The notes below the pieces were generated by a model. That model was not told the origin of the DNA, did not search any database, and was given only the letters and a program-made list of their open reading frames with translations. A stretch of DNA of 60,417 nucleotides, filler included, from Dehalococcoidia bacterium (GTDB lineage Bacteria; Chloroflexota; Dehalococcoidia; DSTF01; RBG-16-68-14): the NCBI GenBank assembly GCA_040882355.1. It is 3 parts of 2 records of this genome, joined end to end, with 100 filler letters (N's around TTAATTAATTAA, not from the genome) between each part and the next. Parts side by side here need not be neighbours in the genome. Positions count along the whole stretch, not along the records: positions 40,626 to 60,417 come from JBBEBM010000044.1; 2 more parts are not named here. One strand, given 5' to 3'. A program made the position numbers and the translations under genes. Below are positions 48,161 to 58,318 of this stretch, in pieces (position 1 is the stretch's first letter; each line of letters starts with the position of its first letter).

Positions 48161-51100
48161 TTGACCGGCACGATCCGAGGATTGGCCCGCCGACGGCTAC
48201 TGCGGCACAGTCTCATCCTGGCCGCGTTTCTGCTGGCCGCCACCGCCGCCTTGCTCCTGCTGACGCCTGCCGGCCGCCGCTCCGCGCACGCTCAGCAGCC
48301 CACACCGACGCCGACACCTGCGGCGCTGGTGCGCATCGACCCGGTGTCGCAGAACGTCGCGCAGGGCGAAGACGTGGTGGTCGACGTCGTCGCCGACGAG
48401 GTGAATGACCTCGGCGCGTACGAGTTCATCCTGGGCTTCGATCCTGGAGCGCTCACCTTCTCCAGCTTTACCAACGGCTTGTTCCTGGGGAGCACCGGGC
48501 GCAGCGTCATCTGCCTTCCCGCGCTCACGTCGATCGACATCGACGGCGATACGATCATCGATCCGGGCTTCATCCGCGTCGGCTGCGTGACAACCGGTGG
48601 AGCGACCGGCGCGTCGGGTAGCGGGATCCTGGCGACGATCAGCTTCACCACGTCATGTGACGGCTTCAGCGCGCTGGACCTGCCGCTCGTCGGCATCGCG
48701 ACCACGCTGGGCGGCGGCATTCCCACCCGCACGCAAGGAGGTGACGTGACGATCGGAGGGGGTGGCAACGACTGCCCCACGCCCGAGCCGTCGGCAACAC
48801 CCACCGTAACGGACACGCCCACGGTCACGCCCACCGGCCCGACGGCGACGCCCAGCGTTACGGCCACGCCCGCAACGCCGACGATCCCGCCGACGCCGGC
48901 GCCGCAGCTCTGCGGCCCCGCCGCCGGACCGGCGGTCTGCGTCCTGCCGACCTTCCAGACAAACGTGGTCGGTGGGGTCAGGACCGTATTCGTCGGCGTC
49001 GACAACGTGACCAACCTGGGCGCGTTCCAGTTCGATCTGCTCTTCAACGACACGGTGCTTCAGCCCGTCAGCGTCAGCGTGGGGCCGTTCCTGGGCAGCA
49101 CCGGGCGTTCGGTGGTCTGCCTGCCCACGCTGAATCCGGGGCGCGTACAGCTCGTCTGCACGACGCTTGGCAGCGCGACGCCCGGGCCGAACGGCTCCGG
49201 GCTGGTCGCGGAAGTGCGCCTGCAGGGCTCAGCGACCGGCCTGTCGCCGCTGCACCTGGAGAGCGTGATCCTCACGACGGTCACTGCCGCCGAGGTGCCT
49301 GTCTCGGCCACGCAGGACGGTGTAATGACCGTGCAGCCCGGCCCGACGCCAACGCCGCCCGGCGCGACGGCGACAGCGACGGCGACGTTCACCCCCAGCG
49401 GCCCGACATCGACGCCCACGAACACGCCCACGCCCGGCCCTACGCCGTCGACGATCGTCCGCGTGATCCCGGCCGACCAGACGTTGGCCGAGGGCGAGGA
49501 CGTGGTCTTCGATATCACGGTCGAAGACGTCGTTGGCCTGGGCGCGTACGAGTTCGAGGTCGACTTCGATCAATCGCTGCTGAACTACACCAGCGTCACG
49601 AACGGCTTGTTCCTGGGGAGCGGCGGGCGCACGGTGTTTTGCCTCGCGCCCCAGCTCGACGTCGGCAAGGTGCGCTTCGGCTGCGTGACCAGCGGCGTGG
49701 CGCCGGGCGCGACGGGCAGCGGCGTGCTGGCCACCGTTACGCTCGGTTCGTCATGCGCTGGCACCAGCCCGCTCGGCCTGCCGCTGGTCGGGCTCAGCGA
49801 TACCGCGGGCGGCCCGCTCGCGCGCAACGTCGAAGAGGGCAGCGTCACGGTAACCGGCGCGACCGTGTGTCCGACACCGACAGCGACGTTCACCCCGACG
49901 GCCACGAGCACGACTGCGCCGGTGACGCCGACGCCGACGCGCACCAGCACTCCTTCGCCAACGCCCAGTCCGACGATCACGGCGACGCCCTCGCCCGGGC
50001 TCTGCGGGCTCTCGTCCGGGCTCACCGTCTGCCTGCAGCCGGTGAGTCAGAAGATCACGCGGGGCGACCAGACCACAGTGGAAGTGGTCGTCGATAACGT
50101 GAACGGTCTCGGCGCCTTCCAGGTCACGCTCGGATACAACCAGGCGCTCGTTTCGCCTGCTGACATCGCGGTCGGCACGTTCCTGGGCAGCACGAGCCGG
50201 GCGGTGGTCTGTCTCGAGCCGGCGTCTGACCCTGGCTTCTTGCAGCTCGTTTGCACCACGCTCGGCCTGGCGCCGGCCGGCCCGAGCGGCTCGGGCACGC
50301 TGGGCGTGGTCACGTTCGAGGGCATAGGAGCCGGCCTCAGCCCGCTCTCGCTCCAGGACGTTATTCTCACCAACATCGCCGGCGTGGCGTTCGCGCCGCC
50401 GGCGCTGCAGGGCGGCGCTCTTCAGGTGAANNNNNNNNNNAACGAGCCGCCCGCGCCGACGGCGACCGCCTCGCCTACGGTGACGCTCTCGCCGACGCCC
50501 ACGCTCTCGCCCACCGAGACGCCTTCGCCGACGCCCTGCCCGCCGGGGGGCTGTCCGACCCCGACGATCACGCTTACACCCACGATCACGCCGACGCGAA
50601 CGGTTACACCCACGCGCACCGTGACGCCGTCGCCCACCAGCACGCCTTCGCCCACGGCAACGCCCGGCCCGCTCACCGTGCGCGTCCAGCCCGTGTCGCA
50701 GAACCTGGCGCAGGGAGGCACAACGACCGTGGAGATCGTCGTCGACAACGCGCTCAACCTGGGCGCCTTCCAGTTTACGCTCGGCTTCAACTCCGCAGTT
50801 GTGGGCTTGCCCTCAGTCGTGGGCTTCCAATCGGTGGTGGTCGGGCCGTTCCTGGGCAGCACCAACCGTAGCGTTGTCTGCCTGCCGCCGAGCCTGGACG
50901 GCGCCGAAGTGGAGTTCGTCTGCACCACGCTGGGAAGCACACCGCTCGGCCCGTCCGGCTCCGGTGTGCTCGCCACCGCAACGTTCGAGGGTCTGACGCA
51001 GGGTCTTTCACCTCTCCACCTGTCGGACGTGATCCTGGCCGACATCGTCGGCCTGGCAAAGGCCCCCGTTACCACGCAAGACGGCGTGCTCGTCGTCGGG

Positions 51101-52855
51101 CCGGCCGCCACGCCCACGGCGACGCCCACGGCGACGCCGCTTGTGGCCGGGTCAGCGGCAGACCCGCTGGCCGCGCGGCTCGTCCTTCGTGAAGGCGCCG
51201 GGTCGGCCGCCGTCGTCCATTCGCTCGTGGTGCCTGCCGGCTCAGCGGGCGGGCCGGCCGCGCAGGCAGTCGAGGCCGCGGAGGTGTTCAAGGACCCGAA
51301 GGCGGCCAACCTCTTCCTCGGCGCCGGTACGCTCGTCATCGCGGAGCGCGTGGACGGAGTCCCGGCCGGGGCCGGCCTCGGCGCCTTCGAGCTGCACGTG
51401 GAATACAACGCCTCCGTGGTGGATGCCGAGATCGAGCCCGCCTCGTTCCTAAGCAGCACGGGTCGCGATCAGCACTGTCTCACCGCGAAGTCTCCGGGGC
51501 GGGTCCGGCTCTCGTGCTTCAGCACGGGCTCGGTCAGCGGCCCCACGGGTTCCGGCATCCTGGCGCTGATCGTGGTCCGACCGGTCGAGACCCTCGACCT
51601 GCGCGCCGCGCAGGACAACGGCGTGTTGCTCACGCTGGATGACATCTCGGCCAGCACCAGGCTTGCCGACATCAAGGGCAACCGCATGCCTGTGGGCGCG
51701 GTGGGCGACAGCCGGGTCATCGTGCGAGCGCTCGAGGGCGATATCAATAACGACTGCGAGGTAAACGTCGTCGACCAACAGACCATCGCCGGCCGCTTCG
51801 GCGCCAGCCTCGGCTCGCTCTTCTACCAGCAGAACCTCGACCTGGAACCATCGATCTCGGCGGACGGCGACGTCGATATCAAGGACCTGCAGTTCGTGTT
51901 CGGGCGGAGCGGCAGCACCTGCCAGAACCCTCACCCGGAGCAGACGCCTCCGTTCAAGGAAGAGACACCGTCGCCAACGCCGACCGAGGGGCCGCCGACA
52001 GCCACGCCCACTCCGACGGTGACGGGTACCGTGACGCCTGCGACCGCTACACCGTCGGCCACCCGCACGCCGACGGCCACCCGGTCGCCGACCGCAACGG
52101 CCACTCCGACGGCGACACGTACACCGACTGCAACCGTTACCCGCACGGCCACGCCGACTGCCACTCGTACGCCGACCGCGACCGCTACCCGCACGGCCAC
52201 GCCGACGGTGGCTCGCACACCCACGCCGACCGCGACACGAACGGCCACGCGCACACCCACACCGACCGCGACACGAACGGCCACGCGCACGCCTACGACG
52301 ACGGCGACGCGAACGGCCACGGCGACACCCACGATGACGAGAACGCCAACCCTCACCGCCACGCGCACCGCGACCGCCACGGCTACGCGGAGCCCGACCG
52401 TGACGCCGACCCGCACGGCTACGCGGAGCCCAACCGTGACGCCGACCCGCACGTCGACGCGCACGCCGACCGTCACGCCGACCCGCACGTCGACGCGCAC
52501 GCCGACCGTCACGCCGACCCGCACCCGTACCCCGACGCCCACGCTGACCCGCACGCCGGGCGGTCCGACCGATACGCCCACGCCGACGGAGACGGCGGCC
52601 GCCGTGACCCGCACGCCCACGCCAACCACGACATCCGAAGTGGCGCCAACGGAGGTGCCGGGCGTGACAACCTCGCCGACGTCGCAGGTCGGCCCGGCGG
52701 TGCGCCCGCCGCCCGCAGGCCTCCCGGCGACGGGCCGCGGCGCGTCTGCTGGTGGCTGGGTGCTGACGTCGGTCCAGGCGGTGAGTCTCACAGCGGGAAT
52801 TGCGCTGCTGTTGATCTGGTCCGCGCTGGTCCGCGCGCGACGCCGCCAGGAGTAG
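48161..52855 (+). CDS. Scaffoldin-like surface protein: signal peptide, six cohesin-like domains, dockerin, Thr/Pro stalk, LPATG-TM-basic tail
   Basis: SD GGAGG and TTG at 48161. Six ~140-aa repeats (V.V..V.NLGA(Y/F)(E/Q)F.L.(F/Y)(D/N)...GSG.LA..TF) separated by PT linkers. Dockerin [21 protein letters not shown] at ~51731-51925. LPATG at 52721-52735. A 10-N gap at 50431-50440 keeps the frame. Confidence 0.88.
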   Translation: MTGTIRGLARRRLLRHSLILAAFLLAATAALLLLTPAGRRSAHAQQPTPTPTPAALVRIDPVSQNVAQGEDVVVDVVADEVNDLGAYEFILGFDPGALTFSSFTNGLFLGSTGRSVICLPALTSIDIDGDTIIDPGFIRVGCVTTGGATGASGSGILATISFTTSCDGFSALDLPLVGIATTLGGGIPTRTQGGDVTIGGGGNDCPTPEPSATPTVTDTPTVTPTGPTATPSVTATPATPTIPPTPAPQLCGPAAGPAVCVLPTFQTNVVGGVRTVFVGVDNVTNLGAFQFDLLFNDTVLQPVSVSVGPFLGSTGRSVVCLPTLNPGRVQLVCTTLGSATPGPNGSGLVAEVRLQGSATGLSPLHLESVILTTVTAAEVPVSATQDGVMTVQPGPTPTPPGATATATATFTPSGPTSTPTNTPTPGPTPSTIVRVIPADQTLAEGEDVVFDITVEDVVGLGAYEFEVDFDQSLLNYTSVTNGLFLGSGGRTVFCLAPQLDVGKVRFGCVTSGVAPGATGSGVLATVTLGSSCAGTSPLGLPLVGLSDTAGGPLARNVEEGSVTVTGATVCPTPTATFTPTATSTTAPVTPTPTRTSTPSPTPSPTITATPSPGLCGLSSGLTVCLQPVSQKITRGDQTTVEVVVDNVNGLGAFQVTLGYNQALVSPADIAVGTFLGSTSRAVVCLEPASDPGFLQLVCTTLGLAPAGPSGSGTLGVVTFEGIGAGLSPLSLQDVILTNIAGVAFAPPALQGGALQVXXXXNEPPAPTATASPTVTLSPTPTLSPTETPSPTPCPPGGCPTPTITLTPTITPTRTVTPTRTVTPSPTSTPSPTATPGPLTVRVQPVSQNLAQGGTTTVEIVVDNALNLGAFQFTLGFNSAVVGLPSVVGFQSVVVGPFLGSTNRSVVCLPPSLDGAEVEFVCTTLGSTPLGPSGSGVLATATFEGLTQGLSPLHLSDVILADIVGLAKAPVTTQDGVLVVGPAATPTATPTATPLVAGSAADPLAARLVLREGAGSAAVVHSLVVPAGSAGGPAAQAVEAAEVFKDPKAANLFLGAGTLVIAERVDGVPAGAGLGAFELHVEYNASVVDAEIEPASFLSSTGRDQHCLTAKSPGRVRLSCFSTGSVSGPTGSGILALIVVRPVETLDLRAAQDNGVLLTLDDISASTRLADIKGNRMPVGAVGDSRVIVRALEGDINNDCEVNVVDQQTIAGRFGASLGSLFYQQNLDLEPSISADGDVDIKDLQFVFGRSGSTCQNPHPEQTPPFKEETPSPTPTEGPPTATPTPTVTGTVTPATATPSATRTPTATRSPTATATPTATRTPTATVTRTATPTATRTPTATATRTATPTVARTPTPTATRTATRTPTPTATRTATRTPTTTATRTATATPTMTRTPTLTATRTATATATRSPTVTPTRTATRSPTVTPTRTSTRTPTVTPTRTSTRTPTVTPTRTRTPTPTLTRTPGGPTDTPTPTETAAAVTRTPTPTTTSEVAPTEVPGVTTSPTSQVGPAVRPPPAGLPATGRGASAGGWVLTSVQAVSLTAGIALLLIWSALVRARRRQE
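50431..50440. other. Small scaffold gap inside the scaffoldin gene
   Basis: Ten N at a cohesin/linker boundary; true length unknown. Confidence 0.95.
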
Positions 52856-52916
52856 CCGGATGTTGAGGATGAGAGTTGAGGAGGTGGAGGCGAAATGGCT
52901 CACAACAGCGGGCCTC

Positions 52917-52944
52917 TTTACAGAATTCGCGGAACGCGTATAAT
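52917..52944 (+). promoter_or_regulatory. sigma70-type promoter
   Basis: TTTACA-N16-TATAAT; supports a start at 53015 rather than 52895. Confidence 0.55.
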
Positions 52945-53014
52945 GACGGGGCTTACCTCTCCAAGCGCGCGTCCGCTGCGGGTAGCGGGCCCGCCTCCCC
53001 GCCGGAGTGAACGG

Positions 53015-55639
53015 ATGCGATTAGCTCGGATTTGTCAAGCAGTAGCGCTCGCCCTCGTAGCCGCCCTCCTGGGTTGGCTGGCGGTAGGCCGCGGCGCGCA
53101 GGCCCTGCCGCCCGCTGGCACGGACCGCCTGCCGGTCGTCGCCACAGCGAATGTGACGAGCCGCCTGGGCACCGAGAATGTCGTGTTCACCGGCTGGGCG
53201 GAGATCGCGCGCGAGGCGCCTCACGACGAGGGTGGCGTCGATGTGGTCGACTTCGAGGTCGTTTCGATGGACCTGCGCGGCGCCAGCTCGATTGGCGCGG
53301 TCACTGTAGCCGAAAGCGCGACCGCAGTCTCGACCGGCGAGATCAGGTCGCTCCAGGCAGGTCAGGACTTCCCGGCGTCAAGCTTCATGGACGTCTTCAT
53401 GGTTGTGACCGTGCCGGCGAACCCGACGCCGACGTTGGAGCTTCACAACCAGGCGGCGATGCGCCTGCAACCAATGACCGGCTCACAGGTGGTGACCCTG
53501 AACGCGTGGCCGCCGCTGGGCGTGACGTACCGCCTCGATCCAATCTATAGCGTGGACAACGACGGCGACACTCAGATAGATGAAGACACGGCCGACGACG
53601 ACGGCGACGGCGCGTATGATGAGGACCCGCCCGGCGGCGGGAATCAGGATACCGACGCTCTTACCGACGAGGATCCTCCCCTGGCCCAGTGCACCGTTCC
53701 CGTTTGCGACGAGGACGGCGACGGCTCGATGGACGAAGATCCGTCGTGCGTGCCGCTCTTCAGCCCCCCACCGGCGAACTCTAATCTGAAGGCGGGGTTC
53801 TGCGTTCGCGATCTCAGCTTGCAGGTCGCCCCCGAGCTGCCCAGCTTCTCGGTGGCGCGCGGCGGGCCATCCAATATCCACCCGGCCGACATTCTGAGCC
53901 TGGGCCCACCGCCACTCCAGCCGGGGGCGCCCACGCCAACGCCCACGGCGCCACCTCCGCCCACGCCTGTCGACGTCTCAGGCAATGACAACTTCGCGAA
54001 CGGCTGGGTGGTCCCGGGCCTGCCGTTTACCGGAACACAGACTACCGCCGGCTCCACCATGGAGGGTGGCGAACCCACCACGCTTGCGAACTGCCCGCTC
54101 GGCATTTCTACTCCTATCGGGGCGACGGTCTGGTATCGATTCACGCCGTCTGTAGCGGGCACCGTGACGGCCGATACCGATGGAAGCGACTTCGACACCG
54201 TGCTGGCAGCCTACACCGGTGGCGCAGTCGGCTCGCTTACCCGCGTAGCCTGTGATGATGACACCCTCTTTCCTCAATCGCGCATCGCGTTCCCGGTGGC
54301 CGCCGGGACGCTCTACAGCCTGCAGGTGGGCGGTTTCGTGAACGCGACAGGGAACCTGACGCTCAACCTCAGCGCCGGCGGCGCGATCGCCCCCGACGAG
54401 ACCGCGCCCTTCGTCCGCATCCCCTGCTTGAGTCTGGGGCTGACGGCGGATGGATGCGACGTGCCCGGCGCCACCGACGACCTGGACGCGCTCGCCTATG
54501 GCGATGACTTCCCGGCGGACGCGAGCCCGTCCGTGAACTTCTCGGTCGCGCCAGGCGCCGAAGGCGTTCTGGGCTCGGCGGTGCGCGCTCAGCGCAACTG
54601 CCCGGCGCCGGAGCCTCAGGGCGACGAGTTCCGCTCGACGTTCAACAACAGCAATACGCTGTTCCTGGATGGCAACGGTCCCATCGGCGCCTGCACCTCC
54701 GCCTTCCCGCTCGGCCTGATCGAGGGCGCTACCTCGCGCGATGACCTCGATGCTCTGGACGAAAAAGACACTTCGTTTGTTGACCCCGACGAGGACGGCG
54801 TGCCGGACAACCCCGTGTACTTCTCGCTGGAGTCGGCTTCGCCGTCGCTCACGACCTTCGGCTTCAGCGCCGCCGATATCCTCAAGACAGTAGACGGCAA
54901 TGCCCCAAGCGTCTATGCCGCGGCGCCGGCGCTCGGCCTGGAGACGGGTGACGACGTTGACGGCCTCTGCCTCCAGGAAGACGGCAACGGAGTGTATGAC
55001 CAGGCCGACACGCTTGTCTTCTCGCTTGCGAGCGGCTCGCCCACGCTGGCGCAGATCGGCGCGGGGCCAGCCGACATCCTCGCGCCTGGCAGTCCGAACC
55101 CTACCGTGCTACAGAATGAGGGGACGATGGGCCTCCTGCCGGCCGATGATCTGGACGCGATGAAGTGCCAGGCCCTGGCCCTCAAGGACCCTGTAGGCGA
55201 CACGGACGGTGACACGATTCCAAACGGGACGGACCCCGACGACGATAACGACGGGTGCACCGACTCCCAGGAGCTGGGAGCCGACCCGACGTTGGGAGGG
55301 CAGCGCGACCCGCACAACTTCTGGGACGTGATGGACGTCTTCACCGGATCGCCCCTGGCCCGTGACGGCTCGATATCAGCGGGCGACGTCGCGGGCGTGG
55401 TCGGGCGCTTCGGCGCGAACGACGGCGGGCCTGGCACGTTCGACCGCAACAGCAACCCGCTATCCATGCCCAGCCCGCCGGTACAGCCGTCCGGCGCGCG
55501 GGCGAACTACCACCCCGCCTACGATCGAGGTGGTGGCACCCCGGGCGGCAGCCCCTGGAACCTGAACCCACCGGACGGCGCGATCACTTCAGGGGATATC
55601 GCAGCGGCCGTGGCGCAGTTCGGGCATAGCTGCCTGTGA
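53015..55639 (+). CDS. Secreted multidomain acidic protein with C-terminal flexitail/dockerin-like domain
   Basis: Signal peptide ending AQA; DxDGD..DED repeats; PPC-like NDNFAN..VWYRFT..SDFDTVLAAY; repeated DDLDA; tail GGQRDPHNFWD..SAGDVAGVVGRFG..PDG.ITSGDIAAAVAQFGHSCL. Confidence 0.85.
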   Translation: MRLARICQAVALALVAALLGWLAVGRGAQALPPAGTDRLPVVATANVTSRLGTENVVFTGWAEIAREAPHDEGGVDVVDFEVVSMDLRGASSIGAVTVAESATAVSTGEIRSLQAGQDFPASSFMDVFMVVTVPANPTPTLELHNQAAMRLQPMTGSQVVTLNAWPPLGVTYRLDPIYSVDNDGDTQIDEDTADDDGDGAYDEDPPGGGNQDTDALTDEDPPLAQCTVPVCDEDGDGSMDEDPSCVPLFSPPPANSNLKAGFCVRDLSLQVAPELPSFSVARGGPSNIHPADILSLGPPPLQPGAPTPTPTAPPPPTPVDVSGNDNFANGWVVPGLPFTGTQTTAGSTMEGGEPTTLANCPLGISTPIGATVWYRFTPSVAGTVTADTDGSDFDTVLAAYTGGAVGSLTRVACDDDTLFPQSRIAFPVAAGTLYSLQVGGFVNATGNLTLNLSAGGAIAPDETAPFVRIPCLSLGLTADGCDVPGATDDLDALAYGDDFPADASPSVNFSVAPGAEGVLGSAVRAQRNCPAPEPQGDEFRSTFNNSNTLFLDGNGPIGACTSAFPLGLIEGATSRDDLDALDEKDTSFVDPDEDGVPDNPVYFSLESASPSLTTFGFSAADILKTVDGNAPSVYAAAPALGLETGDDVDGLCLQEDGNGVYDQADTLVFSLASGSPTLAQIGAGPADILAPGSPNPTVLQNEGTMGLLPADDLDAMKCQALALKDPVGDTDGDTIPNGTDPDDDNDGCTDSQELGADPTLGGQRDPHNFWDVMDVFTGSPLARDGSISAGDVAGVVGRFGANDGGPGTFDRNSNPLSMPSPPVQPSGARANYHPAYDRGGGTPGGSPWNLNPPDGAITSGDIAAAVAQFGHSCL

Positions 55640-55693
55640 TCAGAGGAGCGTGAAGCTCTTCGGCGCTTCATGCCAGAGGTAAGAGCCGAGGAC

Positions 55694-55718
55694 GGAGCAA
55701 GGAGCAAGGAGCAAGGAG
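55694..55718 (+). repeat. Heptamer tandem repeat (GGAGCAA)3 running into the RBS
   Basis: GGAGCAA GGAGCAA GGAGCAA GGAG. Confidence 0.65.
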
Positions 55719-55726
55719 GGGAAACC

Positions 55727-57889
55727 ATGGAACGTCACATGAGATCACAGCGGTGGCTGCAACGGAGGGGCTGGTTGTTGCTGCTGCCTCTGCTGCTGGC
55801 CGCAGCGGCGGGCGTCCTCGCTGTTACGCTCACCCGGCCGCAGGGGGCCGCAGCGCTGGACGGCGCCATGGCGCTCGACTGCAACGCCGGGCTTTCAGCC
55901 ACGCCGTTCCCGCCGGCGCCGACGCCCACGCCCACCAAGGTCGTCGACCCGGACGTCGACACGAACTGCTCGTTCCGGGTAGGGACCGTCTTCCATATTT
56001 CCATGCACATCACCGATGCGCCCGCGGCGGGCTTCAACGGCTGGCAGGCGAAGGTCCGCTGGCCCAATGACATCCTCCAGTACTTACCGGCAAGCAACCC
56101 CCTGACGGAATCGAGGTCGCCGGAATGTACCATCCCTGCCCGCTTCGATAATCAGCCGGGGGATCCCTCCTTCGCCTATGCGTGCCAGCCGTTTCCCGCA
56201 CCGGACCCCCTGCTCGTGTACGAAGGTATCGCAGGCCAGTGGCGTATGCGCTGCGATGCGGAGGGCACGACCCAACTGATCCTGGTGGCCCGCGCGGGAG
56301 ACTCGCAGGCAGGATCGCACTTCACGGACGGGTTCAACAATGCCTTAGATCCCACGCTGAGCAACGCCGTCGTGACTTGCTTTGCCGACACGCCAACGGT
56401 GACGAGGACGGCCACGGCGACGAACACAGCCACGCGCACGCCGACGGCGACGCGCACGCCAACGAGCACGCCGACGCCAGTCAACACTCCGACGCCCACG
56501 CTTAGCCCAACACCGACGCCGCTGCCCAGCGACTTGCCCGACGTCCTCGTCATCAAGAACGATGGGCCGGATCCGGTTGGGCCGGCGGGTACCCTCACCT
56601 ATAGCCTGGTCGTGCGCAACATCGGCCTCCAGACTGCGACCAGCGTGCAGGCTGTAGACACCTTGCCGCCTGAAGTGACATTCGTCTCCGCCAGCCCGGC
56701 CTGCTCGCACGTGGCCGGCGTCGTGACCTGCCTTGTCGGCAACCTGGCGGCCAACGACGGCGCTCCGGGCGGCCCGGACGAGGCGAAGATACAGATCCAG
56801 GTCACGGCGCCCAGCCCGGCCTTAGATACCCGTGTCCTGAACCAGGCCGAGGTGACCGCCTCCAACGAGCCGTTTGCTAACGCAGGCAACAACCGCGACT
56901 TTGAAGAGACCGTGGTGCTGGCACCGCGCGCGGATGTGACGGTGGAGAAGACCGACCAGCCTGATCCGCTGTCCAGCGGCGGCAGTGTCACCTACACCAT
57001 CACCGCGCGGAACATCGGCCCCGAACAGGCCAACGACGTGACCATTGAGGACACGCTGCCCGTGAGCGCCACCTTTGTCTCGGCCAGCCCGGAGTGCGGG
57101 GCGCCGGTAGCGGGCGTCGTCACGTGTCTCCTCGGCAGCCTGGGGGCGAACGGCGGACAGGCCGCCGTCCAGATTACGGTGAGTGCGCCCTTCGTCACTC
57201 AGGACCTGCGCCTGAAGAATACCGCCCGCGTGAGTGCGAGCAATGAACTGTTCGCCCAGACGGGCAACAACCTGGACATCGAAAACACAGCCGTGATCGC
57301 CCCCGATCCAGACCTGGTCGTGACGAAGGCCGACTCGCAGGACCCGGTGCTGCGCGTCCGTCAGTTCAGCTACAGCATCACTGTCGCCAACCAGGGCGGC
57401 GGCGACGCGAAGGGCGTGACGGTGACCGACCAGTTGCCGACCACGACGCTGCCCAACGGTACGCCCCAACCTCTGGTGTACAAGAGCGCCAGCGGTGCGA
57501 GCTGTTCAGCCATGCCGCTCAACCTCATCACCTGCAGCCTCCCGCTGGTGCCCGCCAACGGCGGTCAGGTGGTGATCACCATCAACGTGCGCGCGCCTAC
57601 GGTGCTCAGCGACACTACGCTGAACAACCAGGCGAGCGCCGTCGATCCTGATGAGCCTGGCGATCCCACCGCCAACAACAGCGACGGCGAGGCGACGGTC
57701 ATCGAAGCCTGCTTCGACGTGAACAACGATAACATCGTCTCCATCGGCGACATCGGTATCATCATCGCCGCGTTCGGCACGCTCAGCTCGGATCCGGACT
57801 ACGACCCGCTTCTGGATATTGACGACAAGGGAGTGATCTCGATCGGCGATATCGGCTGGGTGGTCGGCCAGTTCGGCCGCATTTGCTGA
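55727..57889 (+). CDS. Secreted protein: cohesin-like N-domain, PT linker, three DUF11 Ig-like repeats, C-terminal dockerin
   Basis: Three D..V.K.D.PDP.....TY.I.V.N.G...A..V...D.LP...NN repeats; tail CFDVNNDNIVSIGDIG..DIDDKGVISIGDIG..QFGRIC. Confidence 0.88.
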   Translation: MERHMRSQRWLQRRGWLLLLPLLLAAAAGVLAVTLTRPQGAAALDGAMALDCNAGLSATPFPPAPTPTPTKVVDPDVDTNCSFRVGTVFHISMHITDAPAAGFNGWQAKVRWPNDILQYLPASNPLTESRSPECTIPARFDNQPGDPSFAYACQPFPAPDPLLVYEGIAGQWRMRCDAEGTTQLILVARAGDSQAGSHFTDGFNNALDPTLSNAVVTCFADTPTVTRTATATNTATRTPTATRTPTSTPTPVNTPTPTLSPTPTPLPSDLPDVLVIKNDGPDPVGPAGTLTYSLVVRNIGLQTATSVQAVDTLPPEVTFVSASPACSHVAGVVTCLVGNLAANDGAPGGPDEAKIQIQVTAPSPALDTRVLNQAEVTASNEPFANAGNNRDFEETVVLAPRADVTVEKTDQPDPLSSGGSVTYTITARNIGPEQANDVTIEDTLPVSATFVSASPECGAPVAGVVTCLLGSLGANGGQAAVQITVSAPFVTQDLRLKNTARVSASNELFAQTGNNLDIENTAVIAPDPDLVVTKADSQDPVLRVRQFSYSITVANQGGGDAKGVTVTDQLPTTTLPNGTPQPLVYKSASGASCSAMPLNLITCSLPLVPANGGQVVITINVRAPTVLSDTTLNNQASAVDPDEPGDPTANNSDGEATVIEACFDVNNDNIVSIGDIGIIIAAFGTLSSDPDYDPLLDIDDKGVISIGDIGWVVGQFGRIC

Positions 57890-57915
57890 GAACTCACCAC
57901 CCTGCCTCAACCTGG

Positions 57916-57948
57916 CAAGAGCCCGGCCCAGTAGGGGCCGGGCTCTTG
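57916..57948 (+). terminator. Terminator-like hairpin
   Basis: CAAGAGCCCGGCCC-N5-GGGCCGGGCTCTTG 14-bp stem. Confidence 0.75.
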
Positions 57949-58318
57949 TGCTAAGGCGTGGCGTCGCGGCCCTTGCTCCAAAAGTTGACATAACCGCTGA
58001 CCGGGCCGGGTGGCCGGCCCAGAGCCCGGGCGAGATTTTCCCACCGCCAGGGTATTGACAAGCAGGGCGGATCGTGATATATCTGGTGCGCTGGTGGAAC
58101 TCTGTTCCACTTGGATCCCCGCCCGAACAACCTTATACTCTGCGTTCGCAGGCCAATTTGCTTGTCTATCTTGGCAGGCTGTTGCACCTGAAGAGCGCGC
58201 GTTGGCTCCTACCCCCGCCTAGGGCCCTGAAAGGGGGGATGTCCAGAACCACAGGCAACAGAAATTCCGTGGAACATCGGAGAGAAGCAAATTACTTCTC
58301 GGTAGGAGGTTTTACAAC

